Below, one piece after another: positions 1 through 8,049 of a stretch of 8,049 nucleotides of DNA. How positions within the stretch are numbered: the first letter of the stretch is position 1; each line of letters starts with the position of its first letter. The position numbers were made by a program, and so were the translations under genes. Source of the stretch: Selaginella moellendorffii (taxonomy: Eukaryota > Plantae > Lycopodiophyta); the NCBI RefSeq assembly GCF_000143415.4, contig NW_003314641.1:1-8049 (forward strand), written 5' to 3'. The notes beneath the pieces were generated by a model, which worked only from the letters and a program-made list of their open reading frames with translations, was not told where the DNA came from and did not search any database.

Positions 1-2294
1 TGGAAATTGACGCTGGAAACTGGCATAAGATTGTCAACGCTTTTCAAGTGATCGACAAGGTACTGTTTTTCTTGTTCTCTTTTTAGTTCGCTTTTTTCCA
101 ACTTTCTTTACAGCCAGTGTTACGAGAGTATGGGCTTTTGGTCGATTTCTATGCAAGACATGGTGACAAAGTTGCTGCACGAGCAACTTTTGAAGCTATG
201 CGAGCTTCTCACATCAAGCCCAATGTTCATATCTACACGAGGTACGCGTCTTGTTAGTGAAACCAGAAGGACTCTTTTGTCTTTCAGTTTGATTCATGCT
301 TATGCAGAAGCTAGAGACATGGAAGGGGCTGTAGCGTGCACTGAAGAAATGCTTTCCCAAGGCATACAACTCAATGAAGCAGTATTCTGCTCGATCATAT
401 CGGGATATGCAAGTGCTGGAAATAACGAGTACGATTCTCGCACTGAGGCAAGGCTTGCTGCTCTTACAGCGTGACCATTTTTGCAAGGGCTGCAGAACAT
501 TGGTTTGAGAAATTCAAGGCCGAAAATCTCGTTCCTGGTGGGATCGTCTACAACAGTATAGTCCAAGCATATTGGTAACCCTCTTTGTTTCTTTCTAGGT
601 TGGTGCTCTTTGACGAGTTTTCTCGATACAGTCAAGCTGGGAACATGGAAACGGTGGAAGCTTTATTAGCACAAATGGAAGAGGAAGGATTTCAAGGAAA
701 CTTGGGATTATACACCACAGTGCTTAATGGTTTTGCGGAGATACGTGACGAAGAGAAGTGTCTTAGTTTCTTTCACAGATTGAAGGTGAGTCCTGTGACT
801 TGATATTGGGCATTTGTTTCAAGCTGTTTAAGAACATTCAGGCTTGTGGATTGTCACCAACAGCCGCAACATACGGCTGCATTGTCAAACTTTTTACGAA
901 GGTTTAGATTTTTCCAAGAATACTTTACGTTGCTGACGCGCTCTGTAGCAGGCTGGAAACATGGCTAAGGCTCTTGATATTTTGGAGGAAATGGATAAGC
1001 ATGGAGTTTCTCCCAACAAGATGATCTATGCTATGATAATGGACGGCTACGCTCGTGGTGGTGATTTTACAGCTGCGTTCAAAGTCTGGGAAGATATGGT
1101 TTCGGCCGGGCTTAAGCCAGACATTGTGATATACAACATCCTGGTTCACGCGTTCTGTAAAGCTGGACGCATGGACAAAGCTCTTGGTGTTTTGGAAAAC
1201 ATCGAAGCCAACCGACTTCTTCCAACTATCGAAACATACACCTCGATACTCGATGGATATGTGAAAGGGGGAAATATCCAAAAGGCATTGGAAGTTTTCG
1301 ACAGGATTAAAACGGCAGGCCTGAGACCTGGGGTTGTTTCTTACAACTCCTTACTCAGCGGCCTTGCGAAAGCGCGACAGGTAACAAAGTGTACGTTTCT
1401 TCTTCCTTTCTCGATTTACGTTTCATGGCAGATGGAAAATGCGCGTCTGATGCTAAATGAAATGCTAGCGAACGGGGTTGTTCCGAACGAACGAAGCTAC
1501 ACGGCTCTTACAGAGGGCTATGCACGAGCTGGCGATGTCGAGAAGGCTTTTGGAATGTTTCAAAGGATGAAGAAGGAAAATCTAGCGATCGACATTGTTG
1601 CCTATGGTGCGCTACTCAAGGCATGCTGTAAATCTGGTGCCATGCAGCGTGCAGCCGAAGTGTTTCAACAGATCACTGATGCAGGACTGAAACATAATCG
1701 AATCACGTACTGCACTATGCTTGACGGGTAAACGAATCCCCTTTGATAGTTTTTTTTTCTTACTCTGTTGCCTTGCAGGTGGGCACGAAAGGGAGAGCTT
1801 TCCAAAGCAAGAGATCTCTTAAACGATATGCAAAAGCATGGTTTTCATCTTGATACAATCTGCTACACGTCCTTTATCAAGGCTTGTTTCAGAAGTGGAG
1901 ACACCGAGGTGAGATTTCTCAAAAACAATCTTCTCATTTGATCCTTTCTTCTATATAGCAGGAGGTGACAGAAACTCTGGCAGTAATGCGTGAGAAAAAG
2001 CTAGAAGTAAACGCAAGGACTTACACGACTCTCATTCATGGATGGCTGGCAGCTGCTGATCCGGACCAGGCAATCTCGTGCTACGAACAAGCAAAAGCCA
2101 GTGGACTCCAACTTGACAGTGCTCTGAGCAACTGCCTTTTATCTGGATTGATTTCCTGCGCATCGCAAAACAGTACACTGGGCGAGAAGATTCAGGCTAT
2201 TTCTGCCGAGATTGCAGCTCAGAAAGTTGTTGTGGATGCCGCAGTTGTCGCAAAGATGGACAGATATCTCAGGCGCAGAGCTAGGTGCTCGTGA
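1..2294 (+). CDS. PPR4: P-class pentatricopeptide repeat protein, PPR4/At5g04810-like (RRM-PPR plastid splicing factor); 5'-truncated by the window
   Basis: Manual splicing gives one continuous frame: exons <1-59, 114-241, 288-428, 488-574, 632-785, 842-901, 952-1380, 1432-1727, 1779-1908, 1962-2294 (TGA). There are nine GT-AG introns of 46-59 nt and 604 aa visible. The product has 15 tandem 35-aa PPR motifs plus a degenerate 16th (e.g. VIYNILVHAFCKAGRMDKALGVLENIEANRLLPT). Segments such as YTSLIHAYAEARDM, TYGCIVKLFTKAG, LLKACCKSGAM, LDGWARKG, YTSFIKAC and TYTTLIHGW occur in the same order as in Arabidopsis At5g04810 as I recall it. Confidence 0.9.
1422..1910 (+). repeat. Source copy of the best-conserved block of the local direct duplication (partner ~4771-5210)
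   Basis: Near-identical runs in both copies, e.g. CAGATGGAAAATGCGCGTCTGATGCT, TGCACTATGCTTGACGGGTAAACGAATCCCCTTTGATAGTTT and AAACGATATGCAAAAGCATGGTTTTCATCTTGATACAATCTGCTACACGTCCTTTATCAAGGCTTGTTTCA. Confidence 0.92.
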
Positions 2295-2351
2295 TCCGCG
2301 ATTTTGCTGTAGGTGGCAATTCGATTAATGCTTTATCTAGGTTTCCTAATC

Positions 2352-3966
2352 ATGGATCTAGACAAGATCGATGTGAGCGCCTTGTCAAGAGACGAGCTTC
2401 TAGCTGCATTCCTCACGCTCAAGGAGGAAGTCAAGAATGGTAATCGAAAGGGGATCACGAATCCATTGAAGTTCCCACCGAGTGAATACAGCAAGGAAGT
2501 ATTTCTCATCAATCAGCCCTTCGTCAAGTTGGTGAAGACCTCCAGTGCAGACGCTGTGCGGTCGAGCTTGATGGACAAGGAGGTGCTCGCCTACGCTATC
2601 GGCAAGATGCTGTCCCGGACTACCATGGCTGAAGCTAGGTAAGTCACTCGTTGTTCTCACGGTAAACGACTTATCCTATTCTTGTTTTGCGCTTCTTGTT
2701 CGAAGTGTTTGCAAGTCTAGGAAAAGTGAGATGAGTTTAAAGACATACCATCAGAGTTTCCTGTCTGGATGCTGGTACCTGACGACTCCGTCACCCAACT
2801 TTGCCAAGAGGCTCCGCAGGCTTGGCATAGAAAAAGACCCGATTGTGTCTGAAGAACAGGACGAGGAGCTCCCAGATCCCTATCCCATCCCTTACCCCGT
2901 ACCAAGAGACGGAGATCAGGCAGGTCTTGCCGTTGAGCCACTTACAAACGTAAGTAAAACGTTTCGCTTAAAGTGAGCCGAACTTACAAGCTTTATGAGC
3001 CATGGCAGAAGTGTGAGCTCAACGTGCAGTCACATTTGCAGGAAACAGACGCAGAGGAAGCTGCTGATGAACCAGACATGGAGACAGCTTCAGGCTCTGT
3101 CCAGCCCATGGATGGAACACCCGAGAAAGATTTCTCGGTGAAGGTTTGGGTGACGGAATTGAACGAGTGGATAACTGTGCTGTGCATCGAAGGGAAGGAG
3201 GTATATAGTAGCTTTGTATTTTGGTTTAGTTCTTCACCGTTTCGTTTTTAGCCTCTGACAGTGAATGGGATGTATCAAGCTCTTGCTTACGCCTGTAAGG
3301 AAGGCTTGATCAATCTCGGAAAAGGACGGGTTGCGCCAGTTTTTGTCCAACAGTGGTCACGAGACGAATGGAAATATGGCCTGCTTGACATATATGGATC
3401 TGTGACGCTCGAGGGAGGCCGAATCACGGACGAGTCATACAAAGGTGAGCCACGTAAACTACTTTCTCTTGCAAACCTTTTGCTGATGTTTGTGCCACAT
3501 GAATAGAATTCCGTGAGCAGCAGTTCCAGCGATGGAAGTTCCTTGGAAAAGATCCAACGCACTTCCATGTGAAGTTCACCAAGGCGAAGCTCGAAGAAGC
3601 TTTGTCATCCCGTCAACAGTGGATGCAGGCAAAGTGTAAGTCTCATCCCGGTATCAGCTACCCTGACAAGCAGTACGGTGTTGCAAATGCCTTCGTTGAT
3701 GACCAGGTATTTATTCTACCAGCAATAGTTTTAACCTCGTTTTGAACACGGTTTGTTTGCAGCCATACGGGCTCCCAGATATTAATCAGGAAGGTGGCGC
3801 GGTGATGCCTCATCCCATGCTGTTTTACGAGTCCCTCCTCAAGATAATCATCGGTCCAAGGGTGGTCAAGTGGACGAAAGAAGATGTCGATCGCGCGCTG
3901 GCAGCCAGGGTTGAAGCTTTGGTGGAAATGTCTGCCGCTTCTTCAAAAAGACAGCGGCTTCAGTGA
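2352..3966 (+). CDS. Uncharacterised six-exon protein-coding gene (~423 aa, acidic central linker, C-terminal KRQR)
   Basis: Exons 2352-2638, 2721-2949, 3042-3200, 3252-3444, 3507-3706, 3763-3966 (TGA) join in frame: 1272 nt, MDLDKIDVSALSRDELL...SSKRQRLQ. Donors are good (GTAAGT at 2639 and 2950, GTATAT 3201, GTGAGC 3445, GTATTT 3707) and acceptors are AG. The model accounts for five separate + strand ORFs in the track. Alternative in-frame acceptors exist at 2705, 3008 and 3029, so the starts of exons 2 and 3 are uncertain. Confidence 0.75.
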
Positions 3967-4249
3967 AGGTAAGACATTTTACAAAGAACTTCAAGTCTAC
4001 TGTAAACTTTTTCAGGAGGCCCTGGCGAAGGAGGATTTTTGGAAATGTAGGTGGGGAATGCAGGCTTAGTATCTCTAAGGGAGTGATGAAAATTTTGGGT
4101 AGGCAGGCTGTAGGTACTTTACATCGTTTGCATTGTAGCACGGCATGAGCATAGCCCTTCCACTGTGGTGAAATGGTTCGAGAAGGTTGCCTCCCGGTTT
4201 CACTCACTTTTCCAGAAATCATTCAGAAAGCGAGGAAAAAGGATTGGAT

Positions 4250-5210
4250 GTTGAGCTTCAATCTCCCTATTGTGCGAAAAAGGAGGAACAAAGGCTTTTG
4301 CTTTGTTTATTACGAAAAGTCGGGAGCCAAAATTCGTAGGAAAAAAGTTGGCTACCATACTAGACGATGACGTAAAAAAGGATGCTCTGGATGAGCACAC
4401 TGGCATAAGGTCTCGATTTGCTGGATAAGGTACTTGTCTGTTTTTCTTGTTCTCTTTTTAGTTCGCTTTTTAGCCGGAGTATGGGCTTTTGATCGATTTC
4501 CATCTACACAAAGGATGCATTTTGTTACTAACCAAAAGAGTCTTGAGTTTTTTGTTTGATATGTAAGCTAGAAACATGCAACAGACTGAAGAAATTCTTT
4601 CCCCAACTGATACAACTCACTGAAGCAGAAGACTGGGAAAAATTAAAAAGGCAATGGAAGTTTTCGACAAGATCAAATCGGCAGGCCTGAGACTTCTTTC
4701 TTACAATTCCTTACTTCGCGGCCTTGCAAGGTAACCATGCATAATTTGTCGATCTAATTCTGATGTAAGCTTCATGCCAGATGGAAAATGCGCGTCTGAT
4801 GCTTGATGAAACGCTCGCGAACGATGTTGTTCCGAGCGAACGAATCTACACGGCTTTTACAGAGGGCTATGCACGAACTGGCGATGTCGAGAAGGCTTTT
4901 GGAGTGTTTCAAAGGGCGATCGACGTCGTTGCCTATGGTGCGCTACTCAAGGCATGCTGTAACTCTGGTGCCATGCATGGTGCAGCCGAAGTGTTTCAGC
5001 AGATTACTGATGCAGGACTGAAACATAATCAAATCACGTACTGCACTATGCTTGACGGGTAAACGAATCCCCTTTGATAGTTTGATTTCTTACTCTGTTG
5101 CCTTTGTAGGTGGGCAAAGCAAACGATATGCAAAAGCATGGTTTTCATCTTGATACAATCTGCTACACGTCCTTTATCAAGGCTTGTTTCATAAGTGGAG
5201 ACACCAAGGT
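4250..5210 (+). pseudogene. Degenerate, deletion-condensed duplicate of the PPR4-like gene
   Basis: Collinear matches to gene 1: 4399-4409 = 19-29; 4438-4471 = 63-96 (34-bp exact match, intron 1); 4477-4500 ~ 126-149; ~4586-4628 ~ 340-383; ~4646-4735 ~ 1280-1385; ~4771-5210 ~ 1422-1910 (roughly 90% identical by eye, intron included). Lesions: ~880-bp internal deletion, 18-nt deletion removing MKKENL, and 19+12-nt deletions near 5115 that frameshift the exon-9 copy. Upstream RRM-like relics lie at 4257-4316. Both boundaries are approximate. Confidence 0.88.
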
Positions 5211-5473
5211 GGTGCGAGAAACACGCACGATTTTACAGTCAAGAGATTCTTTTCCTGATTGCCTCTGCAGCAGCATCAAGCTTGCCAGAAAAATAAAAAC
5301 CAAAGAACATTGAAAAAAAGGGAAAAGAATTGCAAACTAAGGAATATACTTATCGCTTACTTCCTTAAAAAAGGGTATATGCTATTTCGATTTGAAAGAA
5401 AAAAAAAAACAATGCCTTTTTCCCATTTTCTAGGGCTTAGTGACGAACATGGTGGCGCACGCGTGACACTGGG

Positions 5474-7636
5474 ATGTCGATTCTAGCTCCAATACAGCCG
5501 CAGGATTCATGGTATTGTGGCTCTCTACTTTTGCTTCTTCGCTAATTTTGTGCCTTTGTATTGCAGTCTCATAGGCAGATTTTTCAGAGTTGGGTTTGAG
5601 AATGTGAGCTCCAATTCTTGTCTGAAGCGATTGATACCCCGTGCGTCGAAGATCTTTGAGCGTGACAAGCTCCAGCCAGTGAAGAACAAGCCGGTCTTTC
5701 GTCGGGTTGAGAATCCCCTTCTGGATAAGAAAGTCTCCAAGAGGAGGAAAGGTTTGAGCTTCGTGTTTTCCATGTCGGGACTGTGCATCTCATGTTTTTG
5801 TATAGGTACCAGACATGGAAAGGCATGGCTCGAGACAGGACGGAACTTTACCGAGATTGAGCTCATCGTTCTCAGCCCAGCCGCGAGTTCTTTGGCACAG
5901 TTTCTACGAATGCAAGAGGACGCCACGGCTATTTGGAACGCACTCGACAACCTGCCTAGAGGTCACGATACTTGGGATAATTTCATGAGTGTGGTCGTTC
6001 ACTTCTGGAACTACAAAGACTGGCCGCGTGTTACACAGGTTTGTAAGTGTTCCTTCATTGCAACTTTCATGAAACTTTCGTTTTTTTCTTCTTCAGATGT
6101 GTGAGTGGGTGCTCCAAGGCACCACTTTTCGGCCAGACCTCGGCTGTTACAATCTTTTGATTGACGCTTACGGGAAAAGCTTGAACATAGAAGATGCTGA
6201 GAAGACTTTCAACCGGATGCAAGAGGCTCTCTGTGTTCCGAACGAGGAAACTTTCGGCGTCCTGATAAATGGCTACAGGCTTGCGGGCTCATTCGAAAAG
6301 GCCGAGGAACTCTTCGTCCAAATGCAAAAGCGGGGATACAGTCCTGGTAACGCCTACAACCTTTGTTCTGCGCTGTTGGGGGAACTAAGTTTTACTCAGG
6401 CTTTTGTTTCAGGGCCGCTGGCATGCAACACCTTTCTCCACGTTTTAGAAGACGCGAAAGAATACAGGAGGGCCGAAGCTTTGTTCCGGGACCTGGAGAA
6501 GTACGAGTGCGAGCCAAACATTGACACTTACAACCGGATGATTGTCATCTATGGCAAGGTAGTGTTTAAACTTCACAGAGATCTTGGAACGTAAGTTTTT
6601 AATATCTCTATGATCAGGCAGGGGAGCCTTCCAAGGCGGAGATGCTTTACAGAAGCATGAGGCGCGCTATGTGTCCTCCAAATATTTGTACATTCACTGC
6701 TCTCATGAACGCTTTTGCGAGACAAGGGCTGTACCGAGAAGCCGAGAGATACTTCGACAAGCTGCAGGAGTTCGACTACAAGCCCGACCACTACGCCTAC
6801 AACGCGTTGATGGAAGCGTACAGGTATAGTAGAAACCTTCCATTTTTGTTTCCTTGAAAAATGCTGTTTTTTAAGCCAAGGAGGTTCTCCGGCCGGGGCA
6901 CTCGAGATTTTCCAGACAATGCAAAGAAATGGCTGCTTCCCGGACACGGTCTCTCACAACATTCTTATCAATGCCTATGGACGAGCTGGGCTATATGAAG
7001 GTAAAATCTTTCGAAAGTCCATTTCGACCACTTCCAAGTTTTGCTAAGAGAGCCTCTATTGCAGATGCCGAGAAGATTTTCAAGTCCATGCAAAGCGCCG
7101 GCTTTTCTCCAAACCTCAAGTCCAACATGCTCCTCCTGAGCGCCTATGCAAGAGCCGGGAGGGTCGAAGAGGCCGAGGAGCTCGTCTCCGCCATGGAGAG
7201 GGATGGAACAAAGCCGGACACTCTGATCTACAACTCTCTCATCAACGCCTATGGAGTTTCCGGCAGGCACGAGGACATGGAAGCTCTCCTCGCAAAGATG
7301 GTGAAATCGTCGTCCAAGCAAACCAAGCCAGACATTGGTACCTACAACACGCTGATCCAAGTTTACGCTCAGGCGGGATTCATTCCCAGGGCGGAGGAGC
7401 TCTTCCAGGGACTGGCGAGGCTCAAGCTCGTTCCGGACGCCACGACTTGGACGGCCTTGATGGGAGGCTACGCCAAGAAGAAGCTCTACAGGAAATGCAC
7501 GAGTATCCTCAAGAAGATGCTCGAGTCCGGGTGTAGAGCCGACGCTGTGACCGCGAGGGTGCTCTTCTCGGCGTGCCGGAGCCCCGAACAAGTGGAGCAA
7601 GTCACCCAGCTCATGGAATCTCTCCAAGGGAGATAG
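5474..7636 (+). CDS. P-class pentatricopeptide repeat protein, At2g35130/PpPPR_66-like (~584 aa), probably plastid-targeted
   Basis: Exons 5474-5511, 5567-5751, 5806-6038, 6097-6346, 6413-6558, 6618-6823, 6876-7000, 7065-7636 (TAG) total 1755 nt in frame, with seven GT-AG introns of 52-66 nt. The N-terminus is Ser/Arg/Lys-rich and is followed by about 11 PPR motifs. Segments KKVSKRRKG, VLSPAA, LP..H.TWD, CEWVL, PNICTFTALMNAFARQGL, MLLLSAYA, KKKLYRKC and EQVEQVT match At2g35130 as I recall it. The first exon is the least certain. Confidence 0.9.
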
Positions 7637-7801
7637 AAATCGTAAGAAACTTTAGAGTTCTTGAAAGCTCGTAGAACAAAATTTATGTTTTCCATGACAT
7701 CCAAACTCACATAATTTGGTTCGAACAAGTCTTCCAACAGAACTTGTGAAGAGCAGCAGCTTGCATTTGTAAAAAAATTAAGAAAGTGAGAGGTTTTAAG
7801 A

Positions 7802-8047
7802 CTAGATACAAACTTCTAAATCTCCAGAGCATTTCTTCAAGCCAAGCTTAGTCTTCACCGAGGTGTCCATTTCGTTTTTACAGTGAGCAGTGTAATAAAG
7901 CCTAGGAGCGTGGTTCTCGATCTCAACTTTGTAACCTTTGAAAGCACAAGAACTCTGAAAATTTCCACCAGGACATTTCAGAATCCCATCCACATTACTC
8001 ATGTGTTGTTTAAGATCAAAGAGAAACTCCTTGTCTCCACATGATAA
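7802..8047 (-). CDS. Cyanovirin-N homology (CVNH) domain lectin-like protein, 3' part; continues beyond the window
   Basis: The frame is open from the window edge to TAG at 7804-7802: LSCGDKEFLFDLKQHMSNVDGILKCPGGNFQSSCAFKGYKVEIENHAPRLYYTAHCKNEMDTSVKTKLGLKKCSGDLEVCI*. DLxxxhxNxDGxL...GGNFxxSC...xTAxC is the CVNH repeat-junction signature. The ATG at 8002 in the ORF track is probably internal. Confidence 0.72.
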   Translation of the reverse strand, partial: LSCGDKEFLFDLKQHMSNVDGILKCPGGNFQSSCAFKGYKVEIENHAPRLYYTAHCKNEMDTSVKTKLGLKKCSGDLEVCI

Positions 8048-8049
8048 AG

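Noticed and set aside
214-1281. Minus-strand ORFs 214-486, 300-635 and 925-1281
   Set aside because: Antisense to well-supported PPR exons and introns; no independent coding signal.
2281-2352. In-frame fusion of the PPR4-like gene with the orphan gene
   Set aside because: The only intron of plausible size (2285-2340) joins into a different frame that stops at 2443; the 2285-2312 option is only 28 nt.
3866-4222. Short overlapping ORFs 3866-4222 (-), 3884-4069 (+) and 3963-4148 (+)
   Set aside because: No motifs or splice support; most likely 3'UTR and intergenic sequence.
4781-5062. 93-aa PPR ORF as a functional mini-gene
   Set aside because: It is the copy of exon 8. Its ATG is an internal Met after the acceptor, its stop lies in the intron donor, one repeat has a 6-aa deletion, and the next exon is frameshifted.
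5211-5295. Possible further relic of the last PPR exon
   Set aside because: Only short, scattered matches (e.g. TGCGAGAA, GATTC, TGCAGC); too weak to call without an alignment.
5290-5410. A-rich tracts as a retrocopy poly(A) tail
   Set aside because: The duplicate retains introns, so it is not a processed pseudogene; the tracts fit ordinary AT-rich promoter or intergenic DNA.
2295-5450. Helitron or other transposon carrying the orphan gene and PPR fragments
   Set aside because: I found no terminal inverted repeats, target-site duplication, hairpin plus CTRR end or transposase/RT coding sequence by eye, and the fragments derive from the adjacent gene. Not excluded, but unsupported.
6968-7627. 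219-aa minus-strand ORF
   Set aside because: Antisense shadow of the GC-rich last PPR exon; no recognisable motifs, and explained by codon bias on the + strand.
1-8049. Prokaryotic systems (CRISPR array, operon, defence island) or RNA genes
   Set aside because: The sequence is spliceosomal-intron-containing plant DNA; I saw no repeat-spacer array and no tRNA or rRNA signature.

Overview
Gene-dense eukaryotic (land-plant) genomic DNA with very short GT-AG introns, mostly 46-66 nt. This architecture suggests a compact lycophyte genome such as Selaginella (inference). In order: (1) the 3' ten exons of a P-class PPR gene resembling PPR4/At5g04810, a plastid rps12 trans-splicing factor, <1-2294 (+); (2) an intact six-exon gene of about 423 aa with no family I recognise, starting only 57 bp after the PPR stop, 2352-3966 (+); (3) a deletion-riddled, intron-retaining duplicate of gene 1 that also keeps relics of an RRM domain, ~4250-5210 (+); (4) a complete eight-exon P-class PPR gene of about 584 aa resembling At2g35130/PpPPR_66, a plastid ndhA splicing factor, 5474-7636 (+); (5) the 3' end of a convergent cyanovirin-N-homologue (CVNH) lectin-like gene, 7802->8049 (-). 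Family assignments rest on recalled sequence similarity, not a database search.
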